A stretch of 32,000 nt of DNA. Origin: Patescibacteria group bacterium. GTDB lineage: Bacteria > Patescibacteriota > Minisyncoccia > UBA6257 > HR35. Of the stretch, positions 1 to 8,721 are shown piece by piece; the stretch's first letter is position 1; each line of letters begins with the position of its first letter. Location of the stretch: positions 60,001 to 92,000 of the forward strand of contig JAUQQN010000002.1 of the NCBI GenBank assembly GCA_030549845.1, written 5' to 3'. The notes under the pieces are model-generated. The model worked only from the letters and a program-made list of their open reading frames with translations. It had not been told where the DNA came from and made no database searches. The position numbers and the translations under genes are program-made.

Positions 1-526
1 TTTTTCCTATATAAGGCTTTAATTCTTCTTTTAAGTTATGTAGGTTTTTAATTTGGATAATTTCATTATTATATTTGAAATAAAGAACTTTATCTCCTAA
101 TTTCAATCCAGCTTTTTCGGCTGGTGAATCAGGGAATACTTGCAAAATAGTTATATTTTCTAACTTGCCAGAGTATTCAGGTAAGCCAACTAAATAGCCA
201 AAAGAAAATATAAAATAAGCAAAAATTATATTAAATAAAACTCCGCCTAAGACAATTAATATTTTAATGTACGCAGGTTGGGCTAAAAATCCTTTAGGGT
301 CATTTTCATCAATCTCTCCTCTTAATTTGACAAACCCCCCAAAGGGTATTAAATTTATAGAATACAAAGTTTCATTATATTTAAAAGAGATTATTCTTGG
401 CGGGAATCCTAAACCAAATTCTTCAACTCCTACTTTGGATATTTTTGCAAGAAAAAAATGGCCTAATTCATGAACTAAAATTAAAATACTCAAGAAAATT
501 AAAAAAATTACTATGTTTTCAATCAT
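1..526 (-). CDS. rseP: RIP metalloprotease RseP / site-2 protease (M50), N-terminal part; gene runs off the window start
   Basis: Not in the ORF track because it is open at the window edge. Reverse translation from the ATG at 526..524 gives MIENIVIFLIFLSILILVHELGHFFLAKISKVGVEEFGLGFPP...IPFGGFVKLRGE. It has an HExxH motif in a TM helix and a PDZ-like stretch (FPDSPAEKAGLKLGDKV). The frame is open to base 1. ATGA overlap with the frr stop. Confidence 0.8.
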   Translation of the reverse strand, partial: MIENIVIFLIFLSILILVHELGHFFLAKISKVGVEEFGLGFPPRIISFKYNETLYSINLIPFGGFVKLRGEIDENDPKGFLAQPAYIKILIVLGGVLFNIIFAYFIFSFGYLVGLPEYSGKLENITILQVFPDSPAEKAGLKLGDKVLYFKYNNEIIQIKNLHNLKEELKPYIGK

Positions 527-1065
527 TGTAAAACTTCTTTTTCTTTTTCCTTAAATAATTCATCGACTTTTTTATTAAATTCTTCAATTTCTTTATCTAC
601 TTTTTCTTTTGTTTTATAAAACAAGTCTTCTGATATCTCTTTTTTTTCTTTTTTATTTTTTAATTCTTTTAAGAAATCATCCCTTAATTTTCTTGATCTT
701 ATTCTAAATTCTTCTTTCAGCTGATTTAGGTTTTTTAATAATTCTTTTTTTGTCTCCTCAGTCAAAGGTGGGAAAGTTACTATTAAATAATTTTTCTCTC
801 TTATTACACTTCCTCCAAAATTAGTTTTCTTTATATCTCTTTCAATATCAGAAATTATATTTAAATCCCAGGGTTCAACTTTATATTTTAAAAGATCCAA
901 CTGGGATATGCTTGCCAATGATTTTAATTCATACTTACTATTATATGCTTCAATAAAAACATTTTCCAGCCAATGTAAAGCAAATCTATAACTTCTAATC
1001 TGTTTTAATTTCTCTCTTATCTCACTGATTAATTTTTCCAAATCCTTTTTAAAATCTTCAATCAT
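523..1065 (-). CDS. frr: ribosome recycling factor
   Basis: 180-aa ORF of typical RRF length and pattern (LENVFIEAYNSKYELKSLASIS...LIVTFPPLTEETKKELLK...RIRSRKLRDD). Stop TGA overlaps the rseP start. Confidence 0.88.
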   Translation of the reverse strand: MIEDFKKDLEKLISEIREKLKQIRSYRFALHWLENVFIEAYNSKYELKSLASISQLDLLKYKVEPWDLNIISDIERDIKKTNFGGSVIREKNYLIVTFPPLTEETKKELLKNLNQLKEEFRIRSRKLRDDFLKELKNKKEKKEISEDLFYKTKEKVDKEIEEFNKKVDELFKEKEKEVLQ

Positions 1066-1220
1066 CTCAAATGTAGTATTTCAATTATATAAGGAGTTAA
1101 TTTTGAACCTGCTTCTTGAATAAACTTCATTAATGTTTCTTCTGATATCCCAAGCCCTATTAAAAAAACAATTAATCCTATCAAAAATACAGTTTTTAAC
1201 AGATTGAAAGCTTTATCCAT
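1062..1220 (-). CDS. hypothetical 52-aa single-TM micro-protein
   Basis: Own translation: MDKAFNLLKTVFLIGLIVFLIGLGISEETLMKFIQEAGSKLTPYIIEILHLR. It exactly fills the gap between holB and frr. Its TGA overlaps the frr ATG (ATGA) and its ATG overlaps the holB end by 8 nt. No homology recognised. Confidence 0.3.
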   Translation of the reverse strand: MDKAFNLLKTVFLIGLIVFLIGLGISEETLMKFIQEAGSKLTPYIIEILHLR

Positions 1221-2004
1221 TTAAATTTAATAATATATTACTTAGCTGCAATGTTTTATTCAAAGAATAATCTGAATCTTGATATAAACCTTCTAAAAAT
1301 TTAATCTTATAAATAGATTCTCTGTTGCCCAGCATTAAATTTAATCTTTCTATATGAATAAAGTATACTAAAGCTTCTTTTAAGTCTATTTTATCCTCCA
1401 AAGTTAATACATTGTAGATTTTTTCGAAATCATCCTTACTTTTGTACATTTTTACAAGTAAATTAAACATTTCTTTATTTTCTATCGTTTTTAAAATTTT
1501 ACCTATTTGGCCTGGGAAAAGTTGTAAAAGGATTTTTATGGTTTCTCTTTTTATTCCTTTTTTAATCAAAAATTCTTCAATTTCAGAATTGGGCACTAAT
1601 TTAAAAATAATTTTTTGCATTCTAGATCTAATTGTAGAAAGAATTTTATAAGGTCTATGAGTTACGAAAAACAATATAGCACTTGTTTTTATTTCTTCAA
1701 CAATTTTTAAAAGTGAATTTTGTGCTTCCTTGTTTAATTTATGAGCATCATTTATAACAATTACTCTTTTTTCATCTGCTGATAAACTTAAAAGTTTTTG
1801 TAATAAATTTGCTGTATGAAGTTTTAAGATATTTTCTTCAGAATCTACAAATATTTTATCCTTTATACCTTCATCTTCTACTATTTTTTTTATAGTATAA
1901 AACTTACCTACACCTTCTGGTCCAATTATTATAAAAGCTCCTCTTTGATATTCTCTTAAAATTTTTCTAATTATTTCTTGTTCATTTTTATGGCCTATTA
2001 TCAT
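1213..2004 (-). CDS. holB: DNA polymerase III delta-prime-like clamp-loader AAA+ subunit
   Basis: 263 aa. Walker A-like GPEGVGKF, then VIVINDAHKLNKEAQNSLLKIVEE (clamp-loader box) and SRMQKI sensor-like region. ATGA overlap with the mreB stop. Confidence 0.72.
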   Translation of the reverse strand: MIIGHKNEQEIIRKILREYQRGAFIIIGPEGVGKFYTIKKIVEDEGIKDKIFVDSEENILKLHTANLLQKLLSLSADEKRVIVINDAHKLNKEAQNSLLKIVEEIKTSAILFFVTHRPYKILSTIRSRMQKIIFKLVPNSEIEEFLIKKGIKRETIKILLQLFPGQIGKILKTIENKEMFNLLVKMYKSKDDFEKIYNVLTLEDKIDLKEALVYFIHIERLNLMLGNRESIYKIKFLEGLYQDSDYSLNKTLQLSNILLNLNG

Positions 2005-3011
2005 TTATGCGAAAGAATTATTCTTCGATAAATATCTAATTTTTCTATAATTTTACCTGTTCCTCTTGCTACACAATACAATGGATCATCAGCTACATAA
2101 GTCGGTACCCCTGTATGTTCATAAATTAGTGCGTCTAAATTTCTCAAAAGAGCACTACCTCCTGATAGAATTATTCCCTTTTCCATTATATCAGCCACCA
2201 ATTCTGGAGGTGTATTTGCTAAAACTTTCTTTATGCCAGCAATTATTTCTCTTAAATCTTTCTGCAAAGCTTCTGCAATGTGGTTAGAATGAATTTTAAC
2301 ATTTACCGGTAAACCAGAAAGTATATTTATACCCCTGACTTCCATAATATGCTCATTATTGTTATTCTTTACTGGAATAGCTGAACCTACTTGAATTTTT
2401 ATCAATTCTGCTGTTCTTTCACCTACAGCTAGGTTGAATTTTCTTCTTAAATATTCTTTAATAGATTCATCAAATTTATCTCCTGCTATTCTTATTGATT
2501 CCCACCTTACTATCCCTCCCAAAGAAATAACTGCTATTTCTGTTGTTCCTCCACCAATATTTACAATTAAATGACCGGAGGCAGAATTTATAGGAAGATC
2601 TGCGCCTAAGGCTGCAAGAAGCGGCTCTCTTATTGGATAAACCTCTCTCACACCTGCTTCATAGGCTGCATCTATAACTGCTTTTCTTTCTGTAGAAGTT
2701 ATTCCTGCTGGTACAGATATAACAAGGATTGGCTTAAAAAACCTTGTTATCTTAACTTTATTTAAAAAATATTTCAAAATTTCCAATGTTGCTTTATAAT
2801 CTGCTATAACACCTTCCCTTAGTGGCCTATAAATTTTTATATCACCAGGTGTTTTTCCTATCATATCCTTTGCTTCTTTACCTACTGCTAAAATTTTATT
2901 GGTCAGTTCATCAACAGCAACAACGGTAGGTTCTGTCAAAACAATTCCTTTCCCTGCTACATAAACAGTTGTGTTTGCTGTACCTAAATCTATGCCTATT
3001 TTTGGTATCAT
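2001..3011 (-). CDS. mreB: rod shape-determining protein MreB (actin-like ATPase)
   Basis: 336 aa. GIDLGTANTTVYV phosphate-1 motif, NIGGGTTEIAV, ILSGGSALLRNLD. Full-length MreB pattern; ends in TGA. Confidence 0.95.
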   Translation of the reverse strand: MIPKIGIDLGTANTTVYVAGKGIVLTEPTVVAVDELTNKILAVGKEAKDMIGKTPGDIKIYRPLREGVIADYKATLEILKYFLNKVKITRFFKPILVISVPAGITSTERKAVIDAAYEAGVREVYPIREPLLAALGADLPINSASGHLIVNIGGGTTEIAVISLGGIVRWESIRIAGDKFDESIKEYLRRKFNLAVGERTAELIKIQVGSAIPVKNNNNEHIMEVRGINILSGLPVNVKIHSNHIAEALQKDLREIIAGIKKVLANTPPELVADIMEKGIILSGGSALLRNLDALIYEHTGVPTYVADDPLYCVARGTGKIIEKLDIYRRIILSHK

Positions 3012-3051
3012 TTTTCAAGAGAATAAATTTTCATTAAAATTTTATAAAAAA

Positions 3052-4788
3052 ATGAACAAAATTACAATCCTAGAAATAATTCCTATTGAACCCTTACCCC
3101 ATAATTCTCCAGATACATTCTTATATTTTTCAACAGAACCTGTTGAAAGGGGTAGTATAGTTAAAATTACCCTTAAAAATATTAAAACTTATGGTTATGT
3201 TTATAATACAAAATTTATTGAAGATATTAAAATAATTTTAAAAGATTTAGAATTTGAGTTAAAACCTATCGAGGGCATCTACAAACAAAAAAGATTTATA
3301 AGCTCAATTCAAGAAAATTTTGCTGAGTGGATTGCTAAAAATTATTATCTGTCTTTAGCTCATAGTTTTTATTTTTTCCTTAGTTTCTTCAACAAGATTG
3401 AAAATGATATTGAAGCAAAGGAAGAAAAGGGTCACAAATTTTTGAAAAAGTATGAGAGTGAATTTAACATAAATAACTTGCAAAACCTCCCTATTTTAAT
3501 AATAACTCCTACAGAAGATTATGCAAAAATAATTTATGAAAAACTTGATGAAAAATATAAAAATAATGTAGTTTATTTAGATTTAGAAAAACCAAAAAGA
3601 CATTTCAAGGAGTTTGCGAATCTAATTTTAAACAAAGAAATGAAAATATTTATTGGAAGCAAAAATTCTATATTCCTTCCTTGGCAAAAATTAAATCAAA
3701 TTATTGTTTTAGAAGAGGGGAATATTTTTTATAAAGAATTCTTTAAATCTCCTTATTTTAATTATTTAAATTTAATAGAAAAGTTAGCTAAGCTTCTTAA
3801 GACAGAACTTATATTAATCGACAAAATACCTTCTTTAAAAACTTTTTTCGATTTTACTTTAAGTTATAAAAATCTAAAAGAAATAGAAGTAAAAAAATTT
3901 GATAGCATATTTGAGCTTGAAAAAATAATTAAAGACTATAAAACAATAAGGGTTTTTACCCCTTTAAAAATATTAAGCAAAAAAATAAGATGCAATGCGT
4001 GTTTTTACGAGTTTTTGTGTCCTAAATGTAATTTTCCTTTATCTGTTTACGAAAATTCTGCTTATTGCAGAATTTGTTTTAAAAAATATAGTTTCCAAGA
4101 CAAATGTCCTAATTGTAATTCAAATGATATCTATATTAAAGGAATCGGGGCAATTTGGTTAAAAAGGTTTTTAGAAAAAAATGGTTACTTTGTATGGTTT
4201 ATTAAAAATAAAAAAGAAATCAAAGAATTTCTATCTCATAATTTTGAAAGGTTTATAATTTTAGGGAGCTATAATATTTTAAATCCATTTTTACCTAATA
4301 CTGAAATTTCGATTTTTGTTAATTTTGACCAAGCTTTTTATTCATGGAATCCATTTTTAAAAGAAAGATACATAAGAATAATTTATAAACTTTCTGAGTT
4401 TTCGCCTATAGTTTATCTTCACACAAATAAAAACATAGAATTTATAGAGAAAATAAAAAATTTTTCTATAATAAATGAAATTTTAGAAGAAAGAAGAATA
4501 AATAAGCTTCCTCCTTTTTATAGATTAGTAAAATTAATTTCAAGATTAAAAAAACTTGAAGAACTAAATAAAAGATTATTAGAAATAAAGAGAGAAATTG
4601 AAAAAAGAATTTTATTAAGCAAAGAATATGCAGAAATTAGTGGACCTTTTTTGGAAAGAATTCCCCTAAGAAAAAGGCGATATCAAATGTTTTTATTGAT
4701 AAGATCCAAAAACGAAATAAATTTAAAAAAATTATTAAGCGATATTCCCTACATTGAAGAAATAAAAGCTGATGAAGAAGATATTTAA
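3052..4788 (+). CDS. priA: primosomal protein N' (PriA)-like protein with degenerate helicase motifs
   Basis: PriA zinc-ribbon insertion: CNACFYEFLCPKCNFPLSVYENSAYCRICFKKYSFQDKCPNCNS followed by GIGAIW. PriA-like blocks are ILIITPTEDYA and IFIGSKNSIFLPWQKLNQIIVLEEGNIFYKE. Start moved to the ATG at 3052 (MNKITILEI...) because the track's GTG at 2971 overlaps mreB head-on. Confidence 0.68.
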   Translation: MNKITILEIIPIEPLPHNSPDTFLYFSTEPVERGSIVKITLKNIKTYGYVYNTKFIEDIKIILKDLEFELKPIEGIYKQKRFISSIQENFAEWIAKNYYLSLAHSFYFFLSFFNKIENDIEAKEEKGHKFLKKYESEFNINNLQNLPILIITPTEDYAKIIYEKLDEKYKNNVVYLDLEKPKRHFKEFANLILNKEMKIFIGSKNSIFLPWQKLNQIIVLEEGNIFYKEFFKSPYFNYLNLIEKLAKLLKTELILIDKIPSLKTFFDFTLSYKNLKEIEVKKFDSIFELEKIIKDYKTIRVFTPLKILSKKIRCNACFYEFLCPKCNFPLSVYENSAYCRICFKKYSFQDKCPNCNSNDIYIKGIGAIWLKRFLEKNGYFVWFIKNKKEIKEFLSHNFERFIILGSYNILNPFLPNTEISIFVNFDQAFYSWNPFLKERYIRIIYKLSEFSPIVYLHTNKNIEFIEKIKNFSIINEILEERRINKLPPFYRLVKLISRLKKLEELNKRLLEIKREIEKRILLSKEYAEISGPFLERIPLRKRRYQMFLLIRSKNEINLKKLLSDIPYIEEIKADEEDI

Positions 4789-6032
4789 AGATTAAATATT
4801 GTTTTTAAAAAGATTAAAAGATCTAAAATTAGACTTCTATTTTTTAAATAATATAGATCATATTCTAATTTTAATTTGCTTTCTTCTAAGCTTCTTACAT
4901 ATTTGTAATTCACTTGTGCCCATCCAGTTATCCCCGGAGTTACTATATGTCTTATATTAAAAAATGGTATTTTTTTATTTAATTCTTCTACTATATTAAC
5001 CTGCTCGGGTCTTGGGCCTATAAAAGAAAGTTCTCCCTTAAAAATATTGATAATTTGAGGAATTTCGTCTAGATGTAATCTTCTTAAGATCTTACCAAAA
5101 AAGAATATTCTTTCATCGTTTTCTTTTGCCCATATTCCTAAATCCTTGCCTTCTTTCATTGTTCTAAACTTCAATAAAGTGAATATTCTTCCATCTTTTC
5201 CTACTCTTTTTTGTTTAAACAATAGAGGACCAGGGGAGTTTAAATAAATACCTAAACAAACAAAAGGAAGTAGGGGTAATGCAAATATTAATAAAACTAA
5301 AGAAAAAATAAGATCGATTAATCTCTTTAAATAAGTCTGGATTTTGTGTTCTGGATTAACAACTTCTTTCAAAATCCAATATTCATCAATTTCTTCTAAT
5401 GGAATTAATCCTAAATTTTTTTCATAAAATTCAATAATTTCCATTAAAGGAATATTTAAACTTAATTTTTTAAAATCAATAAAAGGAGCAATTTTCCTAC
5501 TTATTAAAATTAAATCGCAATCTTCATTTATATTTTGAAGGTTCTCAGATATTGCTAAAATATTTAAAAAACCTAAATTATTAAAATCTTCTAAAATTCT
5601 TTTATGTAATTCTTTCGGCGCTATTACTAAAACTCTTAATTTATAGTTAGATAAATATTTTGTGTAAAATATTTGCCTAAAAATTAAAAATAACGAAAAG
5701 TAAATCATAACAAAAATTAAAAGATTTGTTTTAGGAGTTATTCTTAAAAATGGATTGAAATAGAAAAGTAGTATCGAAAATAATGAACCAAACAAAAATG
5801 CTTTTAATGCATTTAAAGTTATTCTTTTATTAGTAAAAGGAGAATAAAGATTATTTACATAAAAACCTATAATCCAAAAAGGAATAGCTAAAGAAAAAGC
5901 TATTAAATGTTCTTTCAAAGTAATATAATTGATTCCATATCTAATTATTACTAATAAAATTATAGAAAGATAAAAAATCAAAATATCTATTAACACAAGA
6001 AGAGAGAGAACTATTTTGCTAAAATTTTTCAT
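4785..6032 (-). CDS. polyprenyl-phosphate sugar phosphotransferase (bacterial sugar transferase, WbaP/ExoY-type)
   Basis: 415 aa. Multi-TM N-terminus and a C-terminal catalytic block: LLFKQKRVGKDGRIFTLLKFRTM...DEIPQIINIFKGELSFIGPRPE...PGITGWAQVN. Confidence 0.85.
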   Translation of the reverse strand: MKNFSKIVLSLLVLIDILIFYLSIILLVIIRYGINYITLKEHLIAFSLAIPFWIIGFYVNNLYSPFTNKRITLNALKAFLFGSLFSILLFYFNPFLRITPKTNLLIFVMIYFSLFLIFRQIFYTKYLSNYKLRVLVIAPKELHKRILEDFNNLGFLNILAISENLQNINEDCDLILISRKIAPFIDFKKLSLNIPLMEIIEFYEKNLGLIPLEEIDEYWILKEVVNPEHKIQTYLKRLIDLIFSLVLLIFALPLLPFVCLGIYLNSPGPLLFKQKRVGKDGRIFTLLKFRTMKEGKDLGIWAKENDERIFFFGKILRRLHLDEIPQIINIFKGELSFIGPRPEQVNIVEELNKKIPFFNIRHIVTPGITGWAQVNYKYVRSLEESKLKLEYDLYYLKNRSLILDLLIFLKTIFNL

Positions 6033-6151
6033 GGTTCAATGGTTAACTTATTCCATATTTTTACAAAAATTTTATAACCAACAATCCAAATTATCATTAA
6101 AATAAGAAGTATTTTCCCAATTAGATTTAAAATCTTATCAATTGTTTCCAT
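6029..6151 (-). CDS. hypothetical 40-aa single-TM micro-protein
   Basis: Own translation: METIDKILNLIGKILLILMIIWIVGYKIFVKIWNKLTIEP. Its TGA overlaps the sugar-transferase ATG (ATGA). Confidence 0.25.
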   Translation of the reverse strand: METIDKILNLIGKILLILMIIWIVGYKIFVKIWNKLTIEP

Positions 6152-6293
6152 TTTTTATTATTTTAATCTCACAAGGCATATAAAATTTAGTGCCATATAT
6201 AAATCCTATTTGAAACATTAAAAACCCAAATAGAAAAAGTATAATAAAAAGTTTAATTTTATTTTTATCCACTTTTTCTAATAAAGATTTCAT
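6138..6293 (-). CDS. hypothetical 51-aa single-TM micro-protein
   Basis: Own translation: MKSLLEKVDKNKIKLFIILFLFGFLMFQIGFIYGTKFYMPCEIKIIKNGNN. Its stop overlaps the start of the next micro-ORF by 14 nt. Confidence 0.25.
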   Translation of the reverse strand: MKSLLEKVDKNKIKLFIILFLFGFLMFQIGFIYGTKFYMPCEIKIIKNGNN

Positions 6294-6317
6294 CAAATGG
6301 TTTATAATTTAAATGGC

Positions 6318-6384
6318 AAAGGGTTGGTTGGAGCTATTGCGGCTCCACCCTTTCCTACCCCGCCTAACGGCGGGGTAATTTTTT
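6318..6384 (+). terminator. GC-rich double hairpin with T-run (intrinsic-terminator-like, or a small structured RNA); strand uncertain
   Basis: H1: AAAGGGT(6318-24)/ACCCTTT(6347-53) enclosing GGAGC(6330-34)/GCTCC(6342-46). H2: CCCCGCC(6358-64)-TAAC-GGCGGGG(6369-75), followed by TAATTTTTT on the plus strand. It stands out as a GC island in AT-rich DNA and abuts the tRNA-Arg 3' end. Confidence 0.4.
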
Positions 6385-6389
6385 ATATT

Positions 6390-6462
6390 TGCCCCGGGAG
6401 GGACTCGAACCCCCAACCTTGAGCTTAGAACGCTCCTGCTCTTCCGATTGAGCTACCGGGGC
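6390..6462 (-). tRNA. tRNA-Arg (anticodon TCT)
   Basis: Hand-folded 73-nt cloverleaf: GCCCCGG-TA-GCTC-AATCGGAA-GAGC-A-GGAGC-GTTCTAA-GCTCA-AGGTT-GGGGG-TTCGAGT-CCCTC-CCGGGGC-A. No encoded CCA. One 27-43 mismatch. Confidence 0.85.
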
Positions 6463-6492
6463 TTATTAAAATTATTATAAGACTTTTTAGAT

Positions 6493-7593
6493 TTAACTTA
6501 AAAATTCTCCTAATATTCCTACTATAAATCCTACAATATAAAATATCAGCATAAGATAAACTAAGGCATTTGGAATTTTGAAATACTTTTTTTCTTTTAA
6601 CTTTAAATAGCATAATAAAACAATAATTAAATTTAATCCTATGAACAAACTCCCTATAGCGCTAATAAGTTTAGCTAAATTTTCTAAGTTCAGAAAAATA
6701 AAACATAATATAGGTAATGAAGTTAATACCCACGATTTAGATTCGCTTAAACCAAAATCAACATTTAATCCTCTTTTTAAATAAAATGCTAAAGCTATAA
6801 AGGTAGTAAAAATATTCAAAAATGCTAAAATCCCAGCTAAAGTTAAAATCTTAATATCTACCCGATTTTTTAAACTAGAAAAAGTTTCAGGGCTTATATT
6901 TTTGCCTACTATACCAACTATTGATATCGTAAAAAGTAAATAAATCAAAGAAATTAAAAAAAGGGCAATTAAATTTATTGCCAGCATTTTTTTCTTATTC
7001 TCTCCTATTAAATCATAAACAATCTGCAAAGAAGAGTAACCAGTAAAAGCAAAAATTAAAACACCATAGCTAATAAAAGGATTAAAAGAGGCAGCTTGAA
7101 TGTTTTTGAAGTCAACTTGAGGAAGGAATATAGATATTAAAAATATAAAAAGCAAAAGTAAAAGTACAGCGAGGGTTGATTCTACTTTGGCAAAAGGATT
7201 TATTTTTAAGAAAATAATTAGAATCACAAAAAGGGCAATAAAGATTTTTATTAGCAATGGATTAATTGCGAAAAATGAATTTATTATTGCTGGAATAGCT
7301 AACAAATAAGCCCAAAAAACAAGTTGAGTACCAAAAAAATCTAACACCCATACATACTTTTTGAATTTTTCTCCTAATATTTTCCCGGCTAATCCAGGCA
7401 GATTGTGTTTTTCTTTAACCTGAAAAATTATCTCTGAGTAAATTAAATGAAGTAAAAAAAATGACATAACAACTAACAAAAACCAAACCCAAAAATAAAA
7501 TCCTGAATGAACAAATGCATAAGGTAAAACAAAAACTCCAAGGCCTATTATTGTACTTATTATTATTAAAATACTTTCTATAAAATTAATCAT
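6493..7593 (-). CDS. polytopic membrane permease, amino-acid transporter-like (Aa_trans / Trp-Tyr permease-like)
   Basis: 366 aa with about 10-11 hydrophobic helices. N-terminal IIGLGVFVLPYAF motif resembles amino-acid permease families. The family call is by eye only. Confidence 0.55.
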   Translation of the reverse strand: MINFIESILIIISTIIGLGVFVLPYAFVHSGFYFWVWFLLVVMSFFLLHLIYSEIIFQVKEKHNLPGLAGKILGEKFKKYVWVLDFFGTQLVFWAYLLAIPAIINSFFAINPLLIKIFIALFVILIIFLKINPFAKVESTLAVLLLLLFIFLISIFLPQVDFKNIQAASFNPFISYGVLIFAFTGYSSLQIVYDLIGENKKKMLAINLIALFLISLIYLLFTISIVGIVGKNISPETFSSLKNRVDIKILTLAGILAFLNIFTTFIALAFYLKRGLNVDFGLSESKSWVLTSLPILCFIFLNLENLAKLISAIGSLFIGLNLIIVLLCYLKLKEKKYFKIPNALVYLMLIFYIVGFIVGILGEFLS

Positions 7594-8002
7594 TTTTTCT
7601 TATTTTATCTTCAATAAAAGGAAGAAGGGCTAAAATTATTAAAACTAAAATTGTTGTTAAGAAAGCCTCGATATAAAAACCTTGGCCTACAGCCATTCCG
7701 ATTCCTGCAGTTGTCCATAAAGCTGCAGCTGTTGTTATTCCATAAATATGCTCATCTTTTAGAAAGATTAAACCAGCACCTAAAAATCCAATCCCTAACA
7801 CAATATTTGCTAAAATTCTTGCAGCTGCATCTGTAGGAAAATATATAGCACTTACAGAAAAAAGGGTTGCACCTAAGCTTACTAATGCGAAAGTTCTCAT
7901 ACCAGCTTGTTTTTTAAAAAAACTTCTCTCAATGCCGATTAAGGCTCCAAGTGTTGTTCCTAAAATAAGTCTATAAATAACTTCAATTATACTCATTTTC
8001 AA
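7586..8002 (-). CDS. mgtC: MgtC/SapB family membrane protein
   Basis: 138 aa. IERSFFKKQAGMRTFALVSLGATLF...GIGFLGAGLIF...GITTAAALWTTAGIGMAVG, typical of the MgtC N-terminal domain. Confidence 0.85.
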   Translation of the reverse strand: MKMSIIEVIYRLILGTTLGALIGIERSFFKKQAGMRTFALVSLGATLFSVSAIYFPTDAAARILANIVLGIGFLGAGLIFLKDEHIYGITTAAALWTTAGIGMAVGQGFYIEAFLTTILVLIILALLPFIEDKIRKND

Positions 8003-8522
8003 TAAGTTTAATGAACCTTTCGACTAATTTTATTGGATCAGCTTCCCAAATTATTTTATCATGACCCTTTTTTGCTTCATTAATGATTTCATCCATATAT
8101 TTTTCTTCACCTCCAGAACCTAAAAGTATTGCCATTGGTTTTTTCTCTTCATATGCTATCACAAATTCATTTAAAGTACCAGTTCTTCCACATATAAAAA
8201 TTACACCATCTCCTGATCGCACTAAGATTAAATTCCTTCCTGAATGCCCTAAGCCTGTATAAAAAATCAAATGATGGTAATCCAAAGGCAAATTGTAAAC
8301 TTCTAAATGTTCTTTTTTATCAATGGCAGGCGAAAAACCCACTACAAAACCGCCATTTTCGTATGCTCCTTTTGCCGCCCAAAAAGGAACTCCTGTAGTT
8401 GCTCCTGTAACAACTATGATATTTCTTTTTGCCAATTCCTTACCGATCTCATAAGCTAATTCATTCACATTCTCAGAACAATTTTGTGTCTCTGCTGCTC
8501 CTGAAATTGCTATTTTTATCAT
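7983..8522 (-). CDS. LOG/TIGR00725-family Rossmann-fold protein (lysine-decarboxylase-like)
   Basis: 179 aa. IAISGAA...ELAKRNIIVVTGATTGVPFWAAKGAYENGGFVVGFSP...ICGRTGTLNEF. Overlaps the mgtC start by 20 nt. Confidence 0.65.
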   Translation of the reverse strand: MIKIAISGAAETQNCSENVNELAYEIGKELAKRNIIVVTGATTGVPFWAAKGAYENGGFVVGFSPAIDKKEHLEVYNLPLDYHHLIFYTGLGHSGRNLILVRSGDGVIFICGRTGTLNEFVIAYEEKKPMAILLGSGGEEKYMDEIINEAKKGHDKIIWEADPIKLVERFIKLIENEYN

Positions 8523-8525
8523 TTT

Positions 8526-8720
8526 TTAATAATAAGCATATTCTAAAAAATCTTTTGGAGCAATATCAAGTTTACTTTTGTTTTTAATATTCTTTTTACC
8601 CCTTTTAACTCTACAATGATCTATCCCTGGTGATTTTTTTAGTAATTTCCCTTTTTTGCTTAATTTAAATCTTTTTATAAAAGATTTCCTTAATTTGCCT
8701 GGAACCATTTTTGTTTTCAT
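8526..8720 (-). CDS. rpmI: 50S ribosomal protein L35
   Basis: 64 aa, basic. KRFKLSKKGKLLKK..G..H pattern. Sits directly after infC (1-nt spacer), the conserved position. Confidence 0.75.
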   Translation of the reverse strand: MKTKMVPGKLRKSFIKRFKLSKKGKLLKKSPGIDHCRVKRGKKNIKNKSKLDIAPKDFLEYAYY

Positions 8721-8721
8721 G

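Noticed and set aside
2971-3051. The upstream GTG start given by the ORF track for the priA-like gene. The same applies to 23568 for the Memo-CapA gene and 13982 for rpsD.
   Set aside because: The extensions overlap neighbouring genes or add implausible leader peptides. Internal ATGs at 3052, 23730 and 13943 give N-termini that fit the family or a TM anchor, and they fit the tight gene packing.
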